In this document: positions 21,410-30,577 of the stretch, in pieces
Layout: every line of letters starts with the position of its first letter
Position numbering within the stretch: position 1 is the first letter of the stretch
Source: a candidate division WOR-3 bacterium
GTDB lineage: Bacteria; Hydrothermota; 32-111
DNA: 64,000 nucleotides
Assembly (NCBI GenBank): GCA_039804105.1
Contig: JBDRZU010000001.1
Span: 288,001-352,000, forward strand
Direction: 5' to 3'
The notes under the pieces: model-generated
What the model saw: only the letters and a program-made list of their open reading frames with translations
Told to the model about the DNA's origin: nothing
The model's database searches: none
Translations under genes and position numbers: made by a program

Positions 21410-21924
21410 TATAAAATGGTTTTACCATTTTCTTTTAGAGTTTTTGCGAATTCAAAATAAGATTCAGCATGTTTTTTTAAATCATCTATAACATTTTCAG
21501 TTAGAGTTTTTTTTACCTGTCCGGGAACTCCAGCAACGAGAGAGAATGGTGGTATAACACTCTTTTCTTTTACAACCGTTCCGGCAGCAATGATGCTTCC
21601 TTCACCTATTTCGACACTATCTAAAATAACACTCCCCATACCTATAAGAACATAATTAGAAATCTTGCATCCATGCAACACAGCATTATGCCCAACGGTT
21701 ACATAATCCCCAATAATACATGGTAACTCAAATGTCACATGGCATACAGAAAGGTCTTGAATGTTCGAATACTTCCCAATTTCAATATAATTTATATCAC
21801 CTCTTAATACCGATTTGAACCAAACTGATGAATTCTCTTTACATCTTACATCTCCAATCAATACAGCATCTTCGGAGATATAAAAAGGACGCTGAGGTTC
21901 TTTATTGTTTACTTTTATAAACAT
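21406..21924 (-). CDS. Gamma carbonic anhydrase family protein (YrdA/PaaY-like)
   Basis: Hexapeptide repeats; LIGDV, VLRGD, SNIQD..VCH, VTVGH.AVLHGC (three Zn-ligand His), GVPG. Confidence 0.92.
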   Translation of the reverse strand: MFIKVNNKEPQRPFYISEDAVLIGDVRCKENSSVWFKSVLRGDINYIEIGKYSNIQDLSVCHVTFELPCIIGDYVTVGHNAVLHGCKISNYVLIGMGSVILDSVEIGEGSIIAAGTVVKEKSVIPPFSLVAGVPGQVKKTLTENVIDDLKKHAESYFEFAKTLKENGKTILY

Positions 21925-21954
21925 AGTATCTCTCCTTTTTTAGTTAAATTTTTT

Positions 21955-22278
21955 TTACACTATATGTAAATTATAATCTTTTCTTTTTAAAACTATTCTT
22001 TTGATGTGATCTTTTCTGAAAGCATTCTGAGGACACTCTTCAATACATAAACAACAATTTATACATTTTGTTATTTCAAAAATTAGGTTTTCCTCTTTTA
22101 TTTTAAAACTTTTTGTTGGACAGATATCAACACACAATTTGCAAAAATTACATTTTTCTTTATCCAACGATGGAACAACCAATTTTATATCCCCTGTAAA
22201 AAGGAATTCCTTTTTTTCTTTTCTAACAAGATATTTCAATTGAAAAAAAGTTTCTAAAAAACCAACAATATTGATCAT
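21955..22278 (-). CDS. 2x[4Fe-4S] ferredoxin subunit (NuoI/MbxN-like)
   Basis: CNFCKLCVDICP and CINCCLCIEECP; last gene of the complex-I-like cluster. Confidence 0.8.
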   Translation of the reverse strand: MINIVGFLETFFQLKYLVRKEKKEFLFTGDIKLVVPSLDKEKCNFCKLCVDICPTKSFKIKEENLIFEITKCINCCLCIEECPQNAFRKDHIKRIVLKRKDYNLHIV

Positions 22279-23384
22279 ATAAAAACCTCCATTGGCACTA
22301 TATAGAGAGATGAATAAATTAAAGGTATATCTGAGGATGAATAATTTCCACTTAATTTATTGATCATTAAAAGACCGTTTACAAAAGAGGTAGTTGTGAA
22401 TTTTATATGTTCTATAGTTGAATCTATAACTTCAACATAAACAGAAAGTTCACCATTCACACCTTCAATTCTTTTGAAAGAAAATCTGTTGCCTATTTTT
22501 TCATGATACGGAATATCTTTATATAAATTCTCATCAGATATTTCATTCAACAATTTTAAACAACATTTTATAATCTTTATCGAATTTTTTATTTCAAAAT
22601 ATAAAGAAAGAATCCTGTTATAAACATCTGAAATTTCAAAAGGATGAATCGAAAATTCAACTTTTTCATACATTTCATAAGAAGCGTTTTTTCTTAAATC
22701 AAATTTTATCCCACAACTCCTTAGCAAAAGTCCAGTTGCATTATTTTTCTTTAATGTTTCTTTATCAAAAATACCAAAATTCTTTGTTCTTGATATTAGA
22801 GAAATATTTCTGAAAAAAATTTTTTCATAGTCAAACAAAATCTTTTCATAATACCTATCAAAAAATTCCAACAGCATTTCTATATCGCCATTGTAAATTC
22901 TTTTGTTAATACCTCCTGGAACAATAAAATCAGTTAATATATTTTCGTTTTTTGTGAGAATTTTCAATATTGACAACATTTTTTCTCGATCTTTCAAAGT
23001 CCAGTATTTAAAAGTTTCAAAACCAAGAACTGATGAAATCGTAGATAAAAATAGCAAAGATGCTGATATTCTTTCAACCTCTAAAACAATCATTCTAAAA
23101 ACCTTAGATTTTTCAGGTATTTTAACATTATATATTTCTTCAATCGCAAGAGAAAAAACCTCCTGATAATGAAGTGTTTGAACAAAAGAAAGTTTTGGAA
23201 TCATCTTAACAGCAGTTTGGATTTTTTTACCTTTTAATATTTTATTAATATTTTTTCTTTCATTTTCAAAATTAATATCCAAGTCTTTAAAAGAAAATTT
23301 ATCTATATCAAACTCAATAGTAATATTACCCAAAGATGTGCAAGGTTCAATCTTATTAACAATGTAAGGAAATTTTTTTCTCAA
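22275..23384 (-). CDS. Highly divergent NuoD/MbxL-like subunit lacking NiFe and catalytic Cys motifs
   Basis: AIEEI..VKIPE...FRMIVLEVERI, DRE, IVPGG, ATGLLLRSCG..FDLRK..SY..Y, DVYNR, RIEG.NGE; no CxxC. Confidence 0.75.
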   Translation of the reverse strand: MRKKFPYIVNKIEPCTSLGNITIEFDIDKFSFKDLDINFENERKNINKILKGKKIQTAVKMIPKLSFVQTLHYQEVFSLAIEEIYNVKIPEKSKVFRMIVLEVERISASLLFLSTISSVLGFETFKYWTLKDREKMLSILKILTKNENILTDFIVPGGINKRIYNGDIEMLLEFFDRYYEKILFDYEKIFFRNISLISRTKNFGIFDKETLKKNNATGLLLRSCGIKFDLRKNASYEMYEKVEFSIHPFEISDVYNRILSLYFEIKNSIKIIKCCLKLLNEISDENLYKDIPYHEKIGNRFSFKRIEGVNGELSVYVEVIDSTIEHIKFTTTSFVNGLLMINKLSGNYSSSDIPLIYSSLYIVPMEVFI

Positions 23385-23812
23385 AATTCCTCCCTATCTG
23401 TTTCAAGATAGTTAAAGATTACATTTTTCGTTTCGGGATTGCCTTCAAAAATGATACCATACTTTTTATTTATTTCTCGTTCAAAAATTGAAGCAACCGG
23501 ATAGATCATATCAATAGATGTGAATATGGGATTCTCTTTTTCAATAAAAACTTCCACGATTATATTTTTTTTAACAGATGTAGAGTTTATAAAATACTTT
23601 ATTGTAAAACCATTTTCTCTTTCGATGACAACAATAGTTGAAAGGTATTTGTAATTCCATTTGTTGTATAAAAAGTCGAGTGTATAAGTCAAGATTTTTT
23701 TTTCATCAAGTTTGAAATATATAAAATCTTTGCCAGAATAAATGTTTTCAGTTATAAGTGTTTTTATGTCATGTTGTAAGAACTGGCTATCATAATAAAA
23801 ATTTTCTTTCAT
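23381..23812 (-). CDS. NuoC/MbxK-like subunit
   Basis: YLSTI, SI..IYPVA..FERE....YGI.FEGNP. Confidence 0.75.
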   Translation of the reverse strand: MKENFYYDSQFLQHDIKTLITENIYSGKDFIYFKLDEKKILTYTLDFLYNKWNYKYLSTIVVIERENGFTIKYFINSTSVKKNIIVEVFIEKENPIFTSIDMIYPVASIFEREINKKYGIIFEGNPETKNVIFNYLETDREEF

Positions 23813-24164
23813 AGAACTCTTCCTCCAAAAATTTAATCAGGTTTAAACAATCAACCGGACAACCTATAATTGTGTAATCAAAACTTTTAAGAATCTCATC
23901 CTTGATACTTTCATCAACAAAAGTAAAGTTACCTAAAAATATTTTGACTTTATTCGTATTTAGAAATTCGTTTTTTATCATCTGAAAAGCATTTGAATTT
24001 AGGCAACCATAAACAAAAATAATTTCAGCATCATTTATTGAACTTGTCTTTTCAAGAATCAATTTTTCCGATGTGTAGTATTCAGATTCCATCGATATAA
24101 AAGTATCGATACAACAACCTGACCCAAAAATTATGTATTTTAAATATAATTTACCGTACAGCAT
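23790..24164 (-). CDS. Divergent NuoB/MbxJ-like small subunit
   Basis: GSGCC, DAEIIFVYG, DYTIIGCP; lies between the NuoH-like and NuoC-like genes. Confidence 0.7.
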   Translation of the reverse strand: MLYGKLYLKYIIFGSGCCIDTFISMESEYYTSEKLILEKTSSINDAEIIFVYGCLNSNAFQMIKNEFLNTNKVKIFLGNFTFVDESIKDEILKSFDYTIIGCPVDCLNLIKFLEEEFYERKFLL

Positions 24165-24915
24165 ATTTCAAAATTATATTTATTAAAACATTCATTAAAA
24201 ATGATGAAAATAAAATTAAAAATGTTAAATCTTTTGAAAAACTCATAAAAACTATTTTAATAGTGTAGAAAAATAATCTAAAGATGAAAACAGCAAGAGA
24301 TAAAAAGAAGAAATCAATTCTTGAACCATACATGAAAACTATGAACAAAGAATTTAAAATTGTAAAAAAAATAGAGTCAAGAGTATCTAAAAAATACAAC
24401 TCCCCTTTTGAAATGTAAAAATAAAAATTCTGTTTTGTTTTATCAAAATTTAAAACTAACAGAGATGGGAAACTCAGCAAGAAAATTAATAATTTGAAAC
24501 CAAAAAAATTATTTTTCGATAAATTGTTCAAAGCGAACAAACTCAAAAAGAATACTACCATCGAAAATAAAATAACCCAGAAATCTTTAAGTATTTCTTT
24601 ATGGTATGATAACTGAGAATTTTTTATTTTTATGTAAAAAGACAAAAAAAGCAAAAGAGATACAAAAGATAAAATCGTCAAAATATTTTCATGGTTTAAC
24701 AAATATAACCATAAATAAAGCAAAAATAAAAAAACAATTTTAAACATAATACTCACAATAAAATAAAAGTTCTCTTTTGAAAATAAAACAATATTGTATA
24801 GAATTATATCCTTTTCATCCCTTCTTGAAATTTTATACAAAAAATATTTTTCAAACCAAAAGATAATAACAAAATTTAATAGATAAAAGAAAACGAAATT
24901 AAAAAGAATATTCAT
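24151..24915 (-). CDS. Divergent membrane subunit, probably NuoH/MbxM-like
   Basis: Polytopic; WFEKY...KISRR and FSKE echo NuoH ERK..A.IQ.R and K..KE; expected position in mbx order. Confidence 0.5.
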   Translation of the reverse strand: MNILFNFVFFYLLNFVIIFWFEKYFLYKISRRDEKDIILYNIVLFSKENFYFIVSIMFKIVFLFLLYLWLYLLNHENILTILSFVSLLLFLSFYIKIKNSQLSYHKEILKDFWVILFSMVVFFLSLFALNNLSKNNFFGFKLLIFLLSFPSLLVLNFDKTKQNFYFYISKGELYFLDTLDSIFFTILNSLFIVFMYGSRIDFFFLSLAVFIFRLFFYTIKIVFMSFSKDLTFLILFSSFLMNVLINIILKYAVR

Positions 24916-26636
24916 AGATTACCTCTATAAAAAATTATAAGCAAAAAAATGAAAAAAATTAAAAGAATGAATATCGTTGCAGAAAAACTTCTTTGATATA
25001 GTTTTAGAATAGTTAAACTAAAATCTTCCAAAAATACTTTTATGGAATAAAATATTTTATTTAAGTCTGTTTTTTCTAGAAAACTTTGCAAAACTTTTTG
25101 ATTTGGGGACAAGTCAAAATTGAAATTTAAAAGATCTCCTATAATTGAATTTTTTCTACCATGAATATAAAAATATTCTTCACTGTTAGATGTCGGTAAT
25201 ATTACAGGGTTGTACCCATCATCCTTCAGTTTCAATAAAAGCAACAAAATTATTGCACCCAAAATACCAAAAATAAGATGTGAGATAAAAGAACTATAAC
25301 CATTAACATATTTCAATATGCCATAGCATAAAATCGGAATTAAAAAAGGTATTGTTAAAACCGAAATCAAAAATTCAGAACTTTTTATCGTTTTGGTTTC
25401 AGAAATATTACTTTTTTGGATAAAAAGAAGATAAAGCAACTTAAGCGTAAGGGAAATATAAAAAAGTAAGTAAATAAGAAAAACAAAAAAGATTGGAAAA
25501 GAATTGTATGATAAATTAAAAAGAGGTTCTCTAAAAAGGTAAAACCCCATAGTCGGATAAAGAAATGAAAGCGATAAGAGTGATAATATTATTACAAACG
25601 ATGATATCGGTTTTAAATAAAAAAGGTTAAACAAAAAATTGAAATTTGATGTTTTAAATTTATCTTCAATATAATCAAAAAAAACAAAAATAAAAGTTAA
25701 AGGGATAAAATACAAAATAACATTTATCAAATAGCCAAAAGAAAAATCTGAATAGTAAAGAAATATCAAGAGATTTGTTACAAAGATTGCTCCAGAAAAG
25801 TTAAACATGGACAATTTCAAATCATTCGAAATCAAAGATTCTATTGAAAATACAAACAAGGTTAGCAGGAAGAAAAGATAAATAAAAAATTTCGAAATAT
25901 TGGGAAGAATATGTTGACTGATCAAAAAGTTATTGTAAAGAAAGCCCATTATAAAAAATCCAGAGAGAAAAATTGACATAGTAAAAATACCAATAAAATT
26001 GAAATCCGATTTTGTCAACTCTTTTTTAAAGAATGTACTTAAAGGTAAAACAAGAGTTCTGAGTGCAACAGAAATGTAAAGCACAATGTAAAAAAATGAA
26101 GGATAGTTCGAAAAAGATTTATTTGATGTTATCACAACTATAACTGATAGCAATAAAAGTGAACCAAAAAGATTAACGAGAAGTATGTTTTCACTACTTT
26201 TATAATCATTGAGATTTATTGTTAAAGTTATAACCAGGATAAAAAATAAAATTTCAAAAAATATATAGATGGTTATAAAATCGTTCGAAACAAAAATAAT
26301 ATTCAATAAAGCGAAAATAAAACAGATGTTCATAAAATAACTGTTTTCACTCTCTCGTGGAGAACGAAAGAGTTCTCTCAAGATAAAAAAGAAGAATAAA
26401 ATATGGTTAAGAATTAAAAAGGAATATGAGAAATCAGTTTTTGAAAAATTCAAATTTAGTGATTCAAAACCAAAAAAATTGATGGTTAACTTCGTAGAAT
26501 CAATCGAATAAAAATACAAAAAGGAGAAAACAAGAAAAACTGAAACAAAAACATTCCTTAAAACTCTGTTAAGATTTCCTAAAATGTAAACGCAAATTAT
26601 TGAGATTATGGTTGAATAAAAATATATACTATTCAT
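24912..26636 (-). CDS. Antiporter-like membrane subunit (MrpD/MrpA, MbxH'-like), divergent
   Basis: 574 aa polytopic; DFITIYIFFE (TM5 Glu), LRTLVLPL, YPTMGF. Confidence 0.6.
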   Translation of the reverse strand: MNSIYFYSTIISIICVYILGNLNRVLRNVFVSVFLVFSFLYFYSIDSTKLTINFFGFESLNLNFSKTDFSYSFLILNHILFFFFILRELFRSPRESENSYFMNICFIFALLNIIFVSNDFITIYIFFEILFFILVITLTINLNDYKSSENILLVNLFGSLLLLSVIVVITSNKSFSNYPSFFYIVLYISVALRTLVLPLSTFFKKELTKSDFNFIGIFTMSIFLSGFFIMGFLYNNFLISQHILPNISKFFIYLFFLLTLFVFSIESLISNDLKLSMFNFSGAIFVTNLLIFLYYSDFSFGYLINVILYFIPLTFIFVFFDYIEDKFKTSNFNFLFNLFYLKPISSFVIILSLLSLSFLYPTMGFYLFREPLFNLSYNSFPIFFVFLIYLLFYISLTLKLLYLLFIQKSNISETKTIKSSEFLISVLTIPFLIPILCYGILKYVNGYSSFISHLIFGILGAIILLLLLKLKDDGYNPVILPTSNSEEYFYIHGRKNSIIGDLLNFNFDLSPNQKVLQSFLEKTDLNKIFYSIKVFLEDFSLTILKLYQRSFSATIFILLIFFIFLLIIFYRGNL

Positions 26637-26639
26637 TTT

Positions 26640-28073
26640 TCATTTAAATTTTTGTTTTTCAATAGTTGAAATTTTAAAAAATAAATTTCTGTATTCATTA
26701 AAATTAGCTTCTTTTCTATTAACATAACTATGATAAAAGAAAATTGCAAGAATTGCAATCGTAATTAAAATAGCAAAATCCGTCCTGTTAAAGTTTTTTA
26801 TCAGATTTATCAGATGACTTTTACTTCTTTTTTCAACTAACAACATTTTTAAATCGAATCTTAAAAGAGCATAAGATTTTAAAATAAGAGCAATAAGATA
26901 TAGCCAGAAAAGAATCTTTTCAAATTGGTAAAGAATGAGAAGGAATCTATATTGATACAAAAAGAGCATTGAAAAAGGTAAAGATGTGAAAGAAAAGCTT
27001 GTTATGAAAAAAATTAAAGAATTCGTTGGTTGTTTTATAAAGGAGTTTTTAAGATCATCATCGTCTTCGAAGTCAAACTTGGAAAGTGAATAGAGAAATG
27101 CAAAAAATAACCCCATATAAAAGAACAAAAAGCCTGTATCCATAAAAGTTTCGAATCTATGTTCAAAAAGAATAAGAAGAGCAACTTCATTTGAAATCGT
27201 AAAAAATAAAAAAGTTTTAAAATATTTTATTTTAGGAGATATTAAAAGTATTATATTTACTATGTATGAAAACAGTACTATTATAAAAAGTGAATTTATT
27301 ATTTTTAGTGGAGTCACTAAAAGAAACTTGTTTATAAAAACTAGAGAAGGAAAAGTTAAGAATAAACCAAACAAGGATAACTGTTTTGTGTTCAGAGTTG
27401 ATATGAAATCAGATAAAAATATGTTCAATGGAAAAATAAAAGAAAAAAGAAAAGGAGTAAAAAACAATAAATAAAAAAATAATCCATAAAAAGTTCTAAA
27501 ATCTATATTTTTTGAAATTTCCAAAATATTAGTTGTACTATAATTTTCAAGAAAATTTATAGATATAATAAAAGAGATGAGGAATGCAAAATATATTATG
27601 AATGAAACCTTAAGACTTATAGTGATAAAATTCAAATTTTTGTTTTTATATGTAAACACCAGACATAAAAATGTTAAAAAAGAAAAAATTGAATAAACAA
27701 AAATATCTGAAGTTTTATATAGAAATGGTAAAATCGGAATAGTTAACAAATATAAAAAAGTTTCCTCGTTTTTATCACTATAAGGATCTTTTCTTTTTTT
27801 ATCAAAAAACAAAAAGATAGAATAAAAAAATATAGTCAATGTTTCTATTATATTTGTAGAACAATAAGAATCAAAATGGAAAGTTAAAAAAGAAAAAACA
27901 TTAAAAGCATAGGATTCATTTTTAGAATAAACTATCATCAAAAGTTTATAAAATAAATAGAAAAAAACAAGAAAAGTAAATTGAGTATTAGCAGATTTTA
28001 ATTTAAAACGTTTTACTGAATAAAAAATAAAAATTAAAAGCAATAAAAATAAAATTTCACTCATCATATTCAT
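26640..28073 (-). CDS. Antiporter-like membrane subunit (MrpD/MbxH-like), very divergent
   Basis: 477 aa polytopic; DIFVYSIF, IFPL, FTSLPFS..F echo the MrpD fold; position in the cluster. Confidence 0.5.
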   Translation of the reverse strand: MNMMSEILFLLLLIFIFYSVKRFKLKSANTQFTFLVFFYLFYKLLMIVYSKNESYAFNVFSFLTFHFDSYCSTNIIETLTIFFYSIFLFFDKKRKDPYSDKNEETFLYLLTIPILPFLYKTSDIFVYSIFSFLTFLCLVFTYKNKNLNFITISLKVSFIIYFAFLISFIISINFLENYSTTNILEISKNIDFRTFYGLFFYLLFFTPFLFSFIFPLNIFLSDFISTLNTKQLSLFGLFLTFPSLVFINKFLLVTPLKIINSLFIIVLFSYIVNIILLISPKIKYFKTFLFFTISNEVALLILFEHRFETFMDTGFLFFYMGLFFAFLYSLSKFDFEDDDDLKNSFIKQPTNSLIFFITSFSFTSLPFSMLFLYQYRFLLILYQFEKILFWLYLIALILKSYALLRFDLKMLLVEKRSKSHLINLIKNFNRTDFAILITIAILAIFFYHSYVNRKEANFNEYRNLFFKISTIEKQKFK

Positions 28074-28356
28074 CAGGTCTGAAATTTCTATCAGTTTTTT
28101 TTAAGATTACACTTTTTCTAATCAAAACAAGAATTGTGCTGACAAGTAATAAGTTCAGAATTATAAATGTTGAAATATAAATTATTGTAAGTATATGATG
28201 ACTAATTTTCATTTTTATCATCAGTAAAATTAGAAGTATGGGAAACATTTGAAATAAGGAAATAAAAGTTTTGACTACGGAATCAGTTTTAAAAAAAATC
28301 AACAAGTTAAATATTATGAGAACTATAAGTTCAAAAAAAATAAATTCTCCTGACAT
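28057..28356 (-). CDS. Small membrane protein, probably MrpC/MbxG-like
   Basis: 99 aa, 3 TM, HHILT.I segment; immediately precedes the MrpD-like gene. Confidence 0.4.
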   Translation of the reverse strand: MSGEFIFFELIVLIIFNLLIFFKTDSVVKTFISLFQMFPILLILLMIKMKISHHILTIIYISTFIILNLLLVSTILVLIRKSVILKKTDRNFRPDEYDE

Positions 28357-28363
28357 ATTAAAT

Positions 28364-28615
28364 TCACTTTTTTGCTTCTATCTCATTAATAAATTTAATC
28401 ATTAAAATCGAAGTTATAAAAGAATTAAATAAAACAAACAATATAGATATAATATCGTTATCCAAAAAAAAGATTATCAAAGAATAAATGTTTAAAAGAA
28501 TTATGAAAGAAATAACAGAACCTTTTTTGTTGTACAGGATAATAAAATTAACAAGTAAGGCAAAAATGATTAAAATAGATATTATAAAACTGTTGTTCAA
28601 CATTATTCCTCTCAA
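28364..28615 (-). CDS. Small membrane protein, possibly MbxD/DUF4040-like
   Basis: 83 aa, 3 TM; assignment based on size and position only. Confidence 0.35.
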   Translation of the reverse strand: MRGIMLNNSFIISILIIFALLVNFIILYNKKGSVISFIILLNIYSLIIFFLDNDIISILFVLFNSFITSILMIKFINEIEAKK

Positions 28616-28857
28616 TCTGAAAACATAAAACTAAAAAACTGAAGATAAAAAGCAATAAAAAGATTCAATAAAAATAAAAGTATCAATAAAATTCCAACAA
28701 AAATAAAACCTTTCAAAGCGTTTATGAATGCAACCAAAAGTAAGAAAATTGAAAACAGAATATTTATGAAAACATAAATCCTTTTTTTATAAGGATCATT
28801 TTTCTTTGCAACAATTATCGTTTGAAAAAAAATAAAAAATGTCCATAAAAAAAACAT
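28612..28857 (-). CDS. Small membrane protein, probably MrpG/MbxC-like
   Basis: 81 aa, 3 TM; DPYKKR echoes the MrpG D.Y.R motif. Confidence 0.4.
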   Translation of the reverse strand: MFFLWTFFIFFQTIIVAKKNDPYKKRIYVFINILFSIFLLLVAFINALKGFIFVGILLILLFLLNLFIAFYLQFFSFMFSD

Positions 28858-29106
28858 TCAGACCTCTTTGTAATTATCTATTAGGTGTTTTATTATAACA
28901 CCGCTCTGCAAAATGAAGATTATTGAAAAAATAAGTTTAAGTATAGAGAATTTTGGGAAATCAGTAAAAAGAAATATTGTGAGTATAAAAGTATTTACTA
29001 TATTTACAAAAGCAAAAATTCTATCAATCTTTTTCTTTTTAAAACTCAAAAATAAAAAATTTATAAAAAAAATAAAAATAATAAAAACGTAAAAGTATAA
29101 TTTCAT
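28858..29106 (-). CDS. Small membrane protein, probably MrpF/MbxB-like
   Basis: 82 aa, 3 TM; IDRIFAFVNI echoes the MrpF DR..A.D motif. Confidence 0.45.
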   Translation of the reverse strand: MKLYFYVFIIFIFFINFLFLSFKKKKIDRIFAFVNIVNTFILTIFLFTDFPKFSILKLIFSIIFILQSGVIIKHLIDNYKEV

Positions 29107-29570
29107 AATTTTTGTATCATTCTATTATATCTTGTTTGATAAATTTCAGAATCAAAATCTTTTTTTATTTTTATATTTAAATATTTTTCAGTAAAATATA
29201 TATTTAAAATTGTGATATCCATAAAAAAAATCAGTTTTATGAAAAGATTAACAATCGGATCATCCTTTTCAAGGTTTATTTTTTTTTCAATGATATCATT
29301 TTCATTATTGTTTCTACTGATCAGAATATAAAAAAAATAATAGAAATTTTTTATAATTATCAACACTACAGTATCCATATTTCTAAAAATCAAACTTAAA
29401 AGTTTCTTAAAAGTTTTTAAATTTTCGGTCAACATTGAGAGATACAAAAAAATTAAAAAAATGATTATAATGAATACTAAAATAACCAAGAAAAAATTTT
29501 TCATCCAAAGAAGAATTTCAACCAAAAGCAACATCAAAATTATAAAAAACAGTAGAAAGAAATTCTTCAT
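29103..29570 (-). CDS. Membrane protein, probably MrpE/MbxA-like
   Basis: 155 aa with N-terminal TMs and a more polar C-terminal half; first gene of the cluster; size fits MrpE. Confidence 0.4.
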   Translation of the reverse strand: MKNFFLLFFIILMLLLVEILLWMKNFFLVILVFIIIIFLIFLYLSMLTENLKTFKKLLSLIFRNMDTVVLIIIKNFYYFFYILISRNNNENDIIEKKINLEKDDPIVNLFIKLIFFMDITILNIYFTEKYLNIKIKKDFDSEIYQTRYNRMIQKL

Positions 29571-30571
29571 CTTTTCTCAATATATTTTAAAAGTAATTCT
29601 TTTGTTGCCTTTAAAGCTTTCAAATGTGTTCTTTCAACACCATGGGAAGCTGAAACCCCAGGGCCGATCAATCCAACTTTAAAATCGTAACCAGCCCTGA
29701 GTGCAACAGACCCATCTGAACCGTAATAAGGAAAAACATCTACTTTGTATGGAATACCGTTAGTTTTACAAATTGAGATAAGTTCGTTTTTTAAATCGTA
29801 ATCGTAAGGGCCAGTTGAATCTTTTGCACAGATCGAAACTGAATATTCATCACCCTCGACCCCTTCACCCACTGTTCCCATATCTGCCACTATAAGTTCT
29901 TTTATAGAGGAATCGAATCCAGTCGCTCCTCCGTGGCCAACTTCCTCGTAATTTGAAAAATAGAATAGAAATGGTTTATTTTTGAGTTTTTCACTTTCGT
30001 TGATCAACAAATCGAGAAGTATACCAGCACACGCTTTATCGTCAAGAAATCTTGTTTTAACGAAACCAGATTTTGTAAATTCAAATTTTGGATCAAAAAA
30101 AACAAAATCTCCCACATTTATTTTCAAATTTAACACATCTTCTCGATTTTTTACCTCTTCATCCAATCTTATTATCATGTTTTCAGTTGTTCTTTCACTC
30201 TTTGAAACATCTCTATTAACATGTGTTGATGGATTTTTGATAAGATAGGTGCCAGTGAATATATCACCTTCTGAATTTCTTATTTTACAATAAGATCCCT
30301 CAAATGAATTGTTTGGAAAACCACCTATTTGTGTTATCTTTAAAGTTCCATCCGAATTAATTTCTTTTACCATTCCTCCAAGTGTATCTATATGGGCCGT
30401 TATTGCATATAAAGGTTCATCCCCAGTATAAACCTTCAAAGCACCTTTATTTGTTATCAAAGTTTTGTAACCAAGATTTGAAACTCTTTCCTTAATGTGT
30501 CTGATGATCTCTCTGGTAAAACCTGACGGTGAATCGATTGATACCAATTCTTCAATAAATTTTTCTATCAT
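29567..30571 (-). CDS. M42 family aminopeptidase
   Basis: SPSGF, AHIDTLG, FLDDK, YEEVGHG, YGSDG, SHGVERTH. Confidence 0.92.
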   Translation of the reverse strand: MIEKFIEELVSIDSPSGFTREIIRHIKERVSNLGYKTLITNKGALKVYTGDEPLYAITAHIDTLGGMVKEINSDGTLKITQIGGFPNNSFEGSYCKIRNSEGDIFTGTYLIKNPSTHVNRDVSKSERTTENMIIRLDEEVKNREDVLNLKINVGDFVFFDPKFEFTKSGFVKTRFLDDKACAGILLDLLINESEKLKNKPFLFYFSNYEEVGHGGATGFDSSIKELIVADMGTVGEGVEGDEYSVSICAKDSTGPYDYDLKNELISICKTNGIPYKVDVFPYYGSDGSVALRAGYDFKVGLIGPGVSASHGVERTHLKALKATKELLLKYIEKR

Positions 30572-30577
30572 AAAACC

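Noticed and set aside
22275..24164. Group 4 [NiFe]-hydrogenase call
   Set aside because: The large subunit has neither the N- nor the C-terminal CxxC metal-binding motif, and no maturation genes are nearby
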